A DNA stretch of 63,906 nucleotides, filler included, from Phoronis australis (GCA_002633005.1; 10 parts of 10 records of this genome joined end to end with filler, not necessarily neighbours in it), one strand, 5' to 3'. Positions 1 to 13,235 are shown, counted from the first letter of the whole stretch. Notes: a model not told the origin generated them from the letters alone. Translations and numbers: made by a program.

Positions 1-501
1 CAAGTGTCAAATTCGGAACACGGCGCATTCGTAACGGAACTATGGCTAAGTATAGGCTCTCCCGCGATATCCCAGGCGACCGGCATTGGCGCTGCGCAGT
101 ACGACTCTGTTTCTGTCTTCTGCTCCACTGTGCAATGAACAAAATTTACTTCATTTTTTAAAGAAAAAGGAACCTGAGTGACGATAAAAAACGGAAGCTG
201 CTGGTAAGATGTGAATTTTAATCGAAGCCTTAGTGAATCACTCAGAAACTCATAATTCTCTCTTTATCAAACCTTTACTTAAGACGATTTCCAAAGCAAT
301 TCCGTCATTATTGCCAACACGAAAAACGGAATAGGTCTTTTGGGCATTTGAAGACTATTTTAAATACAACAAATTTGTTAAGAACCGATTGCACAAAATA
401 TAAAACGTATAATAAGCATTACGAAAAGAAGTAGGTTTCGCGCGCAAACGCTGTGGACCATAAACGAGTAGGTGTCTTAGTATGAGCTTAGTAGTCAAAT
501 C

Positions 502-565
502 GTGGTGGGGTAGTGGTAATACACGCACGCTCTAGCCTCTAGGTCGTGAGCTCAAGTCTGTGGTA
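502..565 (+). mobile_element. Possible tRNA-derived SINE head or tRNA pseudogene remnant
   Basis: A-box-like TGGGGTAGTGG at ~506-516 and a degenerate B-box-like GAGCTCAAGTC at ~548-558, at tRNA-like spacing. No clean cloverleaf or acceptor stem. Confidence 0.3.
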
Positions 566-2522
566 CTTGCGGTTTTCCTGATTGACATGTTCTCCGTGTT
601 TTCTTGCCTTTTTTCTTGAATAATACTTCAGGAATCGAGGAAAATGCTTGATTTTTTACAGGCAAAAGCAGAAAAATTTCCTTGGCGGGAGGGGGGTGTA
701 TCCGGTGCTGTACTCATCTACAATCGTGGTTGGCGCAAATGCTTACAGCCGAACAAAATGTTGCCCCCCTTGTGATATCCTAGATCCACTGTGAAATGAA
801 ACCACTTGCGATTGTTATGTCATGTACGCAACCTCACAGTTGATTGAATAACATGGAAATTGGCCAATAGGTGACGCAATGGCGCCAAAGAGCGCATCGC
901 AAATTCAGCAAAAAATACCGGTAACTGAAGAACGCCGATTTTCCAACACACGCGTAAATAATTTAGTTTACTCAAGGGAGAGTAAGAATTTTTTAATGAG
1001 GTATCATTGATGGCGACAGGCCCGATGAATTATGTACGCGACAGAAGCCGGAGGGAGTGAAATTAATCCGATGGAGTGACGTCACCCAGGCCATTTAGCC
1101 GACGAGCTGACGTCACCAAGGCCAGTACAATACTGGCCACCCTCCCTCCGCATTCGCAAAAAACGGCCCGCGACACTAAAATAGGACACCTCAAATCCAA
1201 ATAGGTGGCCGGTGCAATACCTGGGACCAAGGCGGTGCCGAAACGGGCGGGGGAGACGGAGTTTGTGCAAACGATGCATTTTATATGATAGATATGGTAC
1301 TTTGGTTTACATGCATGAGTTTTTGTTCATACATTTGATATGGTTTGTACCTACGATTCAAGTGTCACTACGAATGAGGAAGTGGTTAGTATATATGATT
1401 CAAAATTTGTACGTTTGATATCCTTGTTCGCCCTTAACAGGCGTATTTCAATCGGATGATATAACCTAGGACATACTTTGTAATTTAGAAGCTCATATTA
1501 GTCAGAGACATAGTCAAATGAGATAGTTACTATAACATTTAAGACTCTCAACAGCCCATATTCCTAAAACACTGTCAGCAAGTAATTTAGTAATGTAATG
1601 TACAAGTATTCATCGTGAATAACACATTCATACCTGAGTATTAATGTTTATAGATGCAAACCACTACATGTAGATGTTGATGAGACTAGTTTTGAGATCG
1701 CAGGCTTCTCAACAACAAGCACAGTCATACATTGCTTCAGTAAAGATAACACCAACAAAAACTTTGATTATAAGTATGCTACTTTTCAACATGATTTAAT
1801 GATAGTGCTTAGCGAGTAAGTCCAGAGTTAGCTAAGTTACACAAGTTACAATGATCGCACAAGAATTCAAGAGATAATTGGTTAAAATAAAATCAAGTTC
1901 AGGGTAGAAAAAAACAAAATCAGCAGTGCATAATCTTGATGGACAAGCATTTAGTCCAAGCGAGTTGAAGACTTATTGAGTGCAAGCTCAGTAATATTTC
2001 AAACAACAGCAAGGTGGAATGATTTGATTTAAATTTTTGACCCTCACAAATTTCCATGCCATGTATTGTCACGGCCATAAGTACGAAACTGAGCGATTAC
2101 ATATTTGAAGGACTTTTTCTCATTTTTTGCAACCAAAGGCATCACGCAGATTTTTTTCTATTCTTCAATGAATAATATTCTTGATGGGTGGTTGGTTTTA
2201 TAACTTCTCAGCTCTTTAAATCTGACACAGAAAGTCAAATTGTTAAAAAAAAAAACAAAAAAATTACAAACATTTTAGTCGCTATCACAAAAAGGGCTAT
2301 TCGACGCGGTGTCGCTGCTGTACTAGTGGTGATTGAATTGCGCATGCTTCGCTGCCTGCATTTAAACAGCTGGTAAAACGACGCAATTGTAATCAAAATA
2401 CGTCATTGCCTTATTACTGCCATTTTACCGGGTGAAAATCTTTGAAAGATGGTCACAAGTTCCCTAAAGACGTAAGGTTACTACAGGCGTGGAGAATTGC
2501 GGTCAAAAGGGTCGACCAAGTG

Positions 2523-3070
2523 ACAAAAGGTGTGTGAAAACCGAAGCCTCACGCCCCGTGTCTGTGCTCCACGCATTTCCATTGAAAGACTACATAATCA
2601 CGTTACTTAGTAAGTTTTTAGCAATTAGTTTCCATAGACATCGCTCAGTGATGTTATCCCCACCAGTTAAACCACTGAACAACGGGTTTATTCAGTGGAA
2701 CTAAGTGTTTCTCCTCAGAAACGCACCCGAGACTCGGATGGTAGGCTAGCAGCGCATATTCACATATAGTCCGGAGCGGGAGTGCTCCCAATATAAGAGG
2801 TGTATGGGACGTGTCGCTCAGAAGTCAAGGGTGACTTTTTCAGGTCAGTTACAAAAAGTGTGTGAAAACCGAAGCCTCACGCCCCGTGTATGTGCTCCAT
2901 GCATTTCCATTGAAAGACTACATAATCACGTTAGTTAGTAAGTTTTTAGCAATTAGTTGCTATAGACATCGCTCAGTGAAGTTATCCCCACCAGTTAAAC
3001 CACTGAACAACGGGTTTATTCAGTGGAACTAAGTGTTTCTCCTCAGAAACGCACCCGAGACCCGGATGGT
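2523..3070. repeat. Direct duplication of ~220 bp (2523-2742 and 2851-3070; period 328 bp)
   Basis: Both copies read ACAAAA.GTGTGTGAAAACCGAAGCCTCACGCCCC...CAGAAACGCACCCGAGAC.CGGATGGT with only scattered substitutions. Each carries the inverted repeat CCACTGAA...TTCAGTGG. Confidence 0.95.
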
Positions 3071-4139
3071 CTTCAGCTCATCTTGATGTTACAGTTATAT
3101 GTACATTGTTTATTTACAACTTAAGAGCCAGTCCAAACAACGACATACATGTACAGTAACCACGGTTAGTAAATACGAATATACGCGACCCTGTGTCCAG
3201 AGTCGTCTTTACATGGCTGTGGACTCCTTGAAACTTGTCACAGCTGGATATAGTTAATTTGCCCTAAAAATAGCCTACTCATCTTGTGAAGTATTTTGTC
3301 ACTCCGTAAATTTTTGCACCACACTGGCGTACAGAAAATTTCAATAGGCCACCATTCTGACATACCCAACCCTTACTGCAAGCCAATGTTTTGACTAAAA
3401 AGTTCTCAATCCCTAGTGCAGTTTAATTATTTGTAGCCCCCTCCCCGTAGTACATGCTTTTCGACTTAGTTCACAGTATACCCGGGGTACTTCTTCACTA
3501 AAATAATAATAGCAGTGATCTGTTTGACTCGTCAAATGCATGGGCACGATAATTTTTCTCCGCATGAAGCGGAACTTGGGACAATGTGCTCAGAATTGAC
3601 ATGCTATGTTCCTTCATATCGTGAAGGCAATTGAATATTTCCGCCATGTACACGCGTGGTAAGATTCTTTATTAGTTTATATAAAAACATATAATTATAT
3701 ATAAGTGAAAAGTAGAGTCCACAGGTCTGTTTCCTGAAGTGACTTAAGATTTGAGAAGGAAATTTTGGTCTTTTGCTGAACGTAACGACTTCAAAAAATA
3801 AACCTCACATGAGCAAAAGTCTATGAGACTACACACATCACTGCTAGTTACTGATATAATTTTAATAAATTTCTTTTTCATCTGCGATGGAGGTAAACTC
3901 ACGCCTGGCTCACGGCTGGCTCGCGCTTCGTTCACGCATAACTCACGGTAAGCAGTCACGCTTAGGCTCACGCCAGCTGTCACAGTGGATTCACGTCTCA
4001 CTCTCCGGTCTGTCTCCGGTTACGGTCACGGGTGGCTAGACCGGAGAGACACCGGAGAGAGTCTAATAATTCAATGGCTGTACTGTACTAGTCTCTAGAA
4101 TATTCCAGACTGCATTAATCACTGTCATGCTAGAGTCTT

Positions 4140-4259
4140 CTAGAAAGTTCCACACTATACTGCAGTAAACAAACTACACCATCAGCACTGAACTCAGTCT
4201 ACTAGAAAGTTCCATACTACTCTGTAATAAAAATTACATCATCATTGTACTTAACTCAG
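4140..4259. repeat. Short diverged tandem repeat, two units of ~62 bp
   Basis: CTAGAAAGTTCCA.ACTA...TACA.CATCA...AACTCAG at 4140 and 4202, with a weaker TCTAGAATATTCCA unit at ~4095. Confidence 0.7.
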
Positions 4260-4390
4260 AGGTCATGCCAATCAAACTGAATTACAAAACAAAACAATAC
4301 AACTAATAATACTGTCAGATTATATTCTGACACTCAAAAGAGAACAATTTTGGATAGATAAACTCAATACACTTGGACCTAGTGGATTAA

Positions 4391-5330
4391 AGGCAAAGGC
4401 AACCTTTTTCATGTCTTTTTTAGCAAAAATAAGGTTCGTTGGTTATCCCAGACATATTTTACACTTAATTAAAATTTTTCGTAATTTAATTAATTACTCG
4501 TCCTCTACTCCGGAAGTGACGTTTTGGGAGTCAAGAATTTCGCGCCAATTTGGTTCTGCGTTGAGTTTAGTGTGAGGATCTGTACTACTTTTGTTTTCGA
4601 GCTGTTTTTCTAAAATTGTCGTCACCATTTCCCATCCACTAGTTTTCTACGACTTACTAGGTTGTTAGAGAACCCAATTACGTTGGATTTAGAGATTCTT
4701 TAGTTTGTATTATTCTGAAAATGACTGGAGTCGGCGACCCATTTCACATTGACAGTAGTGACGTGAGTAACGGAGACATTGTTCATATAGCCGTAGTGAC
4801 GAGGAATTTTTTCACGGACAGTCAATGGGTGGTTATACTTTGTGTGTTTGAGTCCGAGTATAATGAGGCAGAGTATACACAGGCACAACTGTCCCACGTG
4901 CCCCAGTGTCCCGCAACACACTTCCACTGAACACCCAAAATGCTTACATCCCGCAGTGTGACTCCGTCACCACACACCTGGCACTTTCGACATAGCTCCA
5001 ATACTTTAGACAAGTCCACAATAAACTTATCAAAGTTTGGCTCACCGATCTGTTCGTTTGACGCCGAACTGTCCTCTACACTGGGTGTCGAACTGGGGCT
5101 GTATTCACTCCCACAACTCAAAATCGCTGCAGGGCTGCTCACAGGCTCTGTGTTAGAAGCAACAGCACAGGGCGAATCACTGCTAGGTCCCAGAATTGCA
5201 CGCTCTGTACCTTCGGAGGCAAGGGTGACCGGAGATGAGGTGCCTCCAATCACTGTTGTGGCCATAGATCGCGAGGCTTCTCGCTTCAAAAGACCCAAGA
5301 TTCCATACGTTTGTCAGGAACGATCGTATC
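4391..5330. mobile_element. Kolobok-type DNA transposon, internally deleted copy 1 (KolX stub on +, transposase stub on -)
   Basis: Starts TTAA|AGGCAAAGGCAACCTTTTT and is homologous to 30855-31828. The + strand from 4721 gives MTGVGDPFH...VFESEYNEAEYTQAQ. The - strand gives KFIVDLSKVLELCRKCQVC...WKCVAGHWGTWDS (CxxC...CxxGHxxxWxS). No right TIR was found. Confidence 0.7.
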
Positions 5331-7420
5331 TAAATATTGAGATGCTATTTGGATTTTATTTCTGCCTTATATGCTCCAAAATTACGGAAGCTTTTTAACG
5401 TGACTCGTCAATTGTTTCGATCCAGTGCCCGACTCCAGCGTCACTACCCTCAATCTATTTACATTTCACTTTCTACTATTGGGCATTGACGTACATGTAT
5501 ATGTGGATAGCATGCATTGCCGATTTTGTAAGAGAATAAAGTGATGATAATAATCTTGCTCATTCATTATCTCAGACACGACCAGTGTGCACTTGACAAC
5601 CCCGTTCTCAGCAACGATACAACACAATACACTGTTTTTGTCCATCAGTGCATTTACACGTTGGAAAAAAAATTATCAAATCACAACGGTACCTCGATTC
5701 TTCAATATGGACTGAGCAAAGTGTGGCCACTGAAAACATCGATTGCTCCACAGTGTACTGCCATACCTGTGTCCGACGCACGAACCTGTGCCATTTCTGG
5801 GCGAGCTTAGGGTTATTATGAGACACCAAAAATGGAATATTGCGATTACTGCATACTTTGCGCACGCACTTTGCTATAATACTCGTCTCAGGCAATATTC
5901 ATCTCTTTTCGAGACCACTCCACCTCATGGGTGGACTTTCACTGATGACGTCACACGAAGTTTTTAAATTACATTTTTGTGTTTATTTCTTGATTACAAG
6001 TATAGAAAGTGAAACAATACATAAAATACCATACCAAAATTGTTGGTAAACGAATTCAAGCATTTTGACCATGGCGTGAAGGGTTTAAACTGTTTAGTTG
6101 CTGGCTTGACTTTAACTCAGTCACGTAAGAGTTTTGTCTGAGAATGTTCTAAGATGGTGTCAAGTCACTGTATTGTTAATGACAACCCGTCACTGTTACC
6201 TTGTCGCCATGGTTTTTAAAAATTATGCATCGGTGAGTTATTGGGTTTGAAAGTGAAAAATGGCGGTCTACTTAGGAATAAATGATGTCATATGGTTGAT
6301 GGAAATCAACCTGAAACTAACGTTGGTCATTTCCGTCAGTTCTGTCGTGTGCAAAAGTCAAGTAGGTGCTTTGGCGATTTTCTCTGTTATTTGTTATTTG
6401 CAAGTATGATAATTACCCGCAGCAGCCGAGTGTCTGTCACAATTAGCGTGATGGGCAGCTTTAAAGAGATCAAGAGAACTGCTTCAGAGGTGTGAAGGTG
6501 GCCAGGAAATTAAGTCGGCCAGTTCCCGCGCATCAGCTATCTGAAATTTTGTGGTGTGGGGGAGGTTAATATGATCCAGATTTTCCTGAATTTCACCAAC
6601 CCATGTCAAAATGCAACGAAGCATCAATTCCTCAAAATTGGTAGGACTCAAATGATACGCGACTTTCAACATGCATAAAAGTTCATGGTGTCAATAATTT
6701 CTATAATGAATAAGAAATGTTTTGCCTAATGTCGTAGGCGAATAAACATTTAAATCATGAAGCAATGAACCTTTGATGAGTTGAGACATCTCATACAAGG
6801 CAGCCCATTGCAAAACTAATCATATTTCAAGTTTTCCTTTTAAATATATTTTTCAATAAAGAATCTTTCAACGATCTCAGAAGGCATGACCACAATGCAT
6901 GATCGACGACATTCAATGAAAAGCATAAGAGTAGAGTTTTCCAACCGGGAGCTTGAGACATCCAAAAATTCAAGTGTTTAATAACGTAAATTCTGGAGTT
7001 TCCAGAGTTATCCTGTTACGAATTTAGAGTTAAAATTAAATATTTTAAAATCCCAGAAATCATTATTTACACGTACGACGGTCAGTACTTTGCGAACCTT
7101 GAAATCCGAATCTCACGGTGTGTTCGGCGCAATTTCCTATGACGATAATATCGATGATTGTGCTATAATGACACAACTGGGAATAATGTCTTTTTGTGCA
7201 TGATTAAAATTGTGGGACCTTGCATGAAAAGTCATAATTTACTTGAAAATATTGCCTTACTCAAGCGTAAATAGTTTGTCTTAATTAAATCTTGATTTTT
7301 ATCGGAATCCACTTGATCTAAGTTATGTTACAAGCTACGCAGCAGACTAAAACAAATGGCGAATATTAAAAATAGTTATAGGTTATACGTGTTTGTACCA
7401 GTGGTTATTATATCGAGAGT

Positions 7421-7483
7421 CGTGATATGCAAATGTATTTGAACGAGGGCGAAGCCCAAATTCAAATATTTTTGTATATCACG
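7421..7483. repeat. 63-nt imperfect hairpin with a GAA loop
   Basis: Arm 7421-7450 (CGTGATATGCAAATGTATTTGAACGAGGGC) pairs with 7454-7483 at 24/30 positions; the core is GGGC-GAA-GCCC. Confidence 0.85.
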
Positions 7484-8039
7484 TTCCACTGAGGATTCTT
7501 TAAAGAAGCGGGTTTACACAGATTGCTCCGCTTGTCTTGGTCAAATTCAATAAGTAGACGTCCTAGCGAAAAATAGAAAATATCATATGAAAGCCCGTTC
7601 CAAACTCTATCTAGATTAATAGTTTCGCAACATTCCGTATTTTTTTTCGAAAAAAATGAACTTTTGTGTTTTTTTTGAAATTCAAAGAGCAATAACTTGA
7701 AAACGGTAAGTCTGAGAAAACCGTTATAGCAGAACTTTTGAAAGAACATACTTCAAGGAATCCACATGCAAAAATTCACGTCATTTGCTCTTCCCATTAA
7801 AAATGCGACACCAGAACGATTGAAAATGGGTGAAAATGCGCCAGAGCCGCCATCTTGAAAGTGATTTTCGTTTAAACAAAATTTTATAAAAGCCGATCAA
7901 TATCAAGAAACACGTGACCAGTTTGAAAATGGTTGGTTTGCCCATGAGCCCTCTACAGGAGAAAACGTTTTCGGCCAGATATCGAGGTGCGTATGCGCCA
8001 CTTCAAATAGTCCCGCCATCTTTGACCGGAAGTCAACGT

Positions 8040-8325
8040 TTTTCAATACATTTGTAGCACATGTACTTTACAATAATCGTACCAGGTTTCAGCCCTGTAG
8101 CCTATGAGCATTTGACTCTGAAATCGGAAACAAAATGGCCGCCACGTCCGCTATTTTGTATCCGATCATGACCAAAAACAATAGGCTTACAAGACTTTCC
8201 GATCTACACGTTGTGTGCAAATTTCATGAGAATCGGACGAAAATTGCTAACCTGTAGAGTGCGAACAAAAAAAAACTTGACGACAGAGCAACATAGTTGG
8301 CGAAATTTATTTCGCCAAGTAATAA
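8040..8325 (-). mobile_element. Probable end of a non-autonomous Helentron-like repeat
   Basis: Perfect hairpin TTGGCGAAAT-TT-ATTTCGCCAA at 8297-8318 followed by GTAATAA. Upstream are AAAATGGCCGCC and GCAAATTTCATGA motifs, the latter also seen in the 14.6 kb and 40.6 kb elements. The left boundary is approximate. Confidence 0.4.
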
Positions 8326-9524
8326 ATAAATCACGTCTTGAGTGCATGACGTACACTTGGCCTGCGTTCTTTGCAATCAAGAAACTCGCAAAACAGAATT
8401 CCACGCAACACTTACAGTGTTATAACAATCACAAGCGAACCTCGTGATCACACTAGCTTTACGCGTGGAATTCGTGCGTCAGCGGAACGCAGCCTTGTCT
8501 AAGAGAAGCTATCAAACGAATGAAACCTTGACCAATGAGGTAACGAGTACGGTCGGTGTATTAATATGAAATTAGTGCGTGACGTAAAGGAAAATGTGAT
8601 CCCATACATACACATGTTAATAAGTTCATTTGCCAGAATTTGCTTTGCCTGTGTCATGCTACATGGACGTGCAGAGTAAAGTAGCAGGTGAGTTTTTCAA
8701 ATTTATGGTGACGTACATATATATGCAAAACATCAAATAAGATTTTCTGTCGGTGCATTTCGCTGTCAATGCAGCTTCTACAGTGTTTTCCCGTGCTTTT
8801 CGAATTGAATGATGCCCTGCTTTAATAATTTTTCTTCACACGAATAATCATCAACACCCCCCTCCCCCCCGGAGTATACACATATGGTTCCAAGTCCCCC
8901 TGCCTGTCTTCAGAAGAGTACATTCGTATGGTGATTGTCAAGGACAAATGTCATGCAAATTTTCCTCAGACGCTACATTGGATATTTCTGTCGCCATTAC
9001 AAGCCTTTTGGACAAGCACGGAATGGATTGCCATTAGACACCATAATAAATGTTCGTTAAATATAAGATAAAAATAGACAAACACGTGTTATATTTTAAT
9101 GGACGTAGAAAAAATCATTTTAAATTCAGTTTTCAGAGCAAATGTTATGTTATGTTTTACTCAATTAATTTTTATTTCTCTTTTTCGGGCCCATAGAGGT
9201 GCTTCTCGGTACTCATATTTTCTTCTCATCCACAGTTGCCGCGTTAATGATTCCCAGTCTCAATGTTCACAGGTAAGCTACCGTTGTTTTCTTACTTGAT
9301 AAAATACCTTATTTGTATGACTTTTTGTATAATATGCAACCCTGATCTTTATCGGCAAGATATTTTACCGAGGTATCACACATTTATGTTGAAAATTGAT
9401 TTCGTTATCTATTTCAGCATTTGTATTATACTAATGTTGTACACATCACCGAAATTCTTGTTTCATTTGTATATTTGTATTTAAATGTATACTCAAGTAT
9501 AAGTACTAATTTCCATATTTTGTG

Positions 9525-9588
<64 letters not shown>

Positions 9589-9606
9589 ATGTGCGTGTGT
9601 GTATGT
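9525..9606. repeat. Compound microsatellite (CA)n(TA)n(TG)n at segment end
   Basis: Directly visible. Confidence 0.95.
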
Positions 9607-9706
9607 NNNNNNNNNNNNNNNNNNNNNNNNNNNNNNNNNNNNNNNNNNNNTTAATTAATTAANNNNNNNNNNNNNNNNNNNNNNNNNNNNNNNNNNNNNN
9701 NNNNNN
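9607..9706. other. Artificial spacer N44-TTAATTAATTAA-N44 (first of nine)
   Basis: The same 100-nt spacer occurs at 9607, 19640, 23248, 27152, 31829, 34994, 38881, 54455 and 62686. TTAATTAATTAA gives stop codons in all six frames. Confidence 0.97.
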
Positions 9707-10348
9707 CCTTAGGAGCTACACTGACTTTACACAGGTTTACAACACTAATTAAGAGCTCCAGGAATAGGATGGTGATTTTTTTTCAAAAATGAATAAAGCA
9801 GAAAATAATGACAGATTATGCAAACTTTTATGAGGTCTAATGATGACCAATTATTTACATGACGATATCAGAAGTCAGGAGTAAAAGGTATCCCTAATAG
9901 GCTTGTTTACATGGACGTTTAGTTATTTCCATTTTGATCGCCAATTTAATGGTCATACCAAGTAATATTCAAAATTTATTCATCATTTCGTTATCTAAAA
10001 CGCTGAGTAAAATGCTACAGCTGAAATAAATCACTCAGGCCACCTTCAGATACCAAAACATGGCACTTCATGACATCGCTTCGCGACATTGGAGCATAAA
10101 ACAAGTATATGACCAGAGGGTGATTGCAATCTCCAGACAAACAAGATAGTCCCTTAATTCCTAAGAGTGGGCACGGTGTATTAGCCGAGAAATAGTGGAG
10201 AAAATCATCATGTAAATAGACACAGATTACCATTTAAAGGTAAGCGTGAAAATAATGCAGAAATAACAGAAAAAAATTGACATATAAATGCTACTAAACA
10301 GGTAGACAAGAGGGGCAAGTCTTTTAAAGCATATTTCTCTTTTTACAG

Positions 10349-10476
10349 GTCAACCCAACTTTACTCGTTGGTTAAGAGAAGACTGCATGGTAATGCATGG
10401 AAAAAACAACTATGAGTGGTTTGATGTATCGTGTGCTACAAGACAGGGATACATCTGTGAAAGAGAGCTATTCTAG
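10349..10476 (+). CDS. C-type lectin domain protein, terminal coding exon
   Basis: Acceptor TTTCTCTTTTTACAG, phase 1. Translates (G)QPNFTRWLREDCMVMHGKNNYEWFDVSCATRQGYICERELF*, with the CTLD pattern xPN...EDC...WxDxxC....YICE. Not in the ORF track. Confidence 0.9.
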
Positions 10477-12764
10477 CACGATTCGTACACCTTGTCTATA
10501 TTAAGTAATCCCAGGATTATTCAAGGACTTTTGATGATATAGTTCAAGGCCTACCCAATACAAATTCAAGACCAATTTAATATAACTTTGGCCCATGAAT
10601 GCAAATCCCCCACTTGATGTTGTGTATTTTTAATTACTTTAATGCATAAAATACAAAGTATGAATTTTAAGGCTGTTTAGATTTTATTCAACGAACTTGT
10701 AGATCTTGAAAGCGTATGAAATCTATCAGAGTCAGATGATCGCCTCTCACCAAATGGGTGTAATAATATCACAAGAACAGAAAAGTCTTGAAATTGCCCC
10801 TGTTGGTCATTTGCTGAATTATGATGAGCAATTAATGGAAAAGATGCACTTGATCAAGAAAAGACAGCTGCCATTCAAAATTATAATAAGGTACACCAGT
10901 ACTTATAATTACGGTCTTCCAAATATATGCAAGGATAAAATTTGAGATTCAAGGGCTTTTTAAGGTCAGAGTTAAATTCAAGGACTATTCAAGGCTAAGA
11001 CTCTATACTTTGTAACATTGCATGACAGCGTTTTTCTGTTCAGTGACTTTACCACATAGAGGGTTGTGAGCATGTGATAACATCTAGCTTCTTTGTTAAC
11101 TTACAAGCCCCAGTCTTTTATCTGGCATGACAACAAGCAGGCCAATTATCTATCAGGCTTATTACAGACCACTGTGAGAACACAGTCAAACCCAGAGTGA
11201 ATTGGTACATTCGGAAAGAATAGATTGTCATAACTTCGGATGTAGTAAGGCGATTTTGGCAATTCAAAAACTAAACATGATCACCATTTGACGAGGATTT
11301 CAGAAATGCTACTGGTTTATGTTCAAATATGTTATAACTTAACTTTTATTTTAGCAGCACAGCCCAGTCAGGCTAGATATAATCTTACTGGAGATTAGAG
11401 TAATTATCGAACAAAAGAGAGCTGGCCCTCCCACCATAAATGCCAGAATGGAGTTAATCAGTCGTGAAAGAAATTGGCTACTGGGGTGTTCTTCCCAACT
11501 TATTGTTGGGCTATGGAATCAAAAGTTGGGAGCAACAGGGAAGTGCCATAATGGTACAAACCACAAATGAATGGTGCAGCTATCTACTTATTGAACATGG
11601 TTTTGAACATGTTGCCACTAATCTTGACCAGTGTTTCAGGTGAGCTCTCAATTGTCCCTTGTTGAGAGACTGAACAGGTATAAATCTTTTACCAATGGCC
11701 CTACTGCACCATTCAAGGACTTTGTCACTCTAGCAGTCCTCAATGAAAATTATTTTCATTGTTATTACGTCAATTGGAGATTTCTCACTTTGCCCAGCTT
11801 CTGAACTCCTCTCGAAGAGATAAATCAATTAAGTCACTATTGCTATCGCCAATTTGTTTAATAAGCTACACGGCTTATTAAGTGATTCAGCCAAGCTTGC
11901 TAGTTGACCTATCAACAGGATTTTGACTGATGGCTTAATTGACCAATCAGAATGCAAAATTCTTGACACACCTTCGTCTGCATTTCCAAGCCGCTATTTT
12001 ACACGACAAACAACAAGTTGTTGGTGACTTTTCACCAGGGGCGGAGCTGGCGATAGCTCAACAGCCAATCTGGCTATAGATTTTTTGCTCTTCACGCAAT
12101 AGCTTTGAACTGTGGTAAGTGGTGGTAAATTTGGTGAAAGAGAGTCCAATAGAATGTTCAAAACACCAATATTGAGGACTTAAGTTATTATTTTTTGACA
12201 AAATTTCAAGTTTAAATATCACAATAAAAACATTTTTCCGCAGGCACATACCACACAGTCCCTTTGTAATTAATGTTATGCGATAACTTACACACACACA
12301 CACACACACACGCCTCAGTGTCAGTCCAATATTTGGCCCCATTAGGGTACCCCAACTTGAGGACTGTCCACTTCGAAGCCTGAGCAAAATGTTACATGCA
12401 CGTCAGATTATGATGTCATCGGATGATGCGAGTTTAATGAAGTTTGCCCTTGGAAAGTAGTACAGATCAACTGTTTCGAGTTCATGTTCATGAAAATGCC
12501 TACTTGTAATGACATGCAAAAATCTGAACAAAAAACTGCCGAAGAGCTTCTTTTTGAAAAGTTACAGTCGCAACCCACACCAGCTCGTGTCCTCATTCAA
12601 CCCCAATTTGAATATAGAGATATGATATTTTGATTCACAGACACTTCTTAACCATCTGTACATCCTGAGATAAGATATAAGAACAGGTTGCTATCTATCC
12701 GGGTAAAGCACTCATTCCTACCCGTGATAGACATGCAGCAATCACATGTTTGCACAAGGTACAA

Positions 12765-13235
12765 AGTCAACAAGACCGCTGATTGAACAAAAAATCTGGA
12801 ACATCCCAATCAGCAATGGACCCTCACATACCCAACATTAGACCAGGACAGAGTCAACAGTATCCCTTACACATGACCCTCACCTAGCCAACAAGACTCA
12901 GTCTGTATTGTACCACGACAAGGTCAAAAAGACCCCACTTTGCATTGGACCCCACTTGAGTCAACAAGACCCCCAGCATGCACTCAAAATTTTCTAGCAG
13001 AGTCAGAGTCAACAAGAACCGTATTTGTACTGGACCCAGACAGCAGAGTCCACAAAACCCCTCTTAGCAGATTGCAACAAGACCCATGCATGCACAGAGA
13101 TCCCGAAAAATATTGCAACACCCCTCTAAGCATTGGACCCAAATAGATGCCAGCTCTCAGGCATTGCACTGGACCCTGACAGTCGACAATCATTTACTAG
13201 CTGGACCCTGACTGGGTCAACAACCCCTGGTTACA
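12765..13235. repeat. Degenerate minisatellite
   Basis: Recurring (C)AGAGTCAACAAGACC and (CA)TTGGACCC motifs at irregular spacing of roughly 30-60 bp. Confidence 0.7.

Noticed and set aside
9651-9662. Recurrent TTAATTAATTAA as a biological motif or CRISPR-like repeat
   Set aside because: It is always centred in an exact N44/N44 block and is a six-frame stop linker added during assembly handling.
12290-12380. Fourth integrin exon (GLRSGQSSSWGTLMGPNIGL)
   Set aside because: The phase fits a CAG acceptor, but similarity is limited to GP, the frame runs into a (GT)n microsatellite, and the HxYxxxNxG motif is missing.
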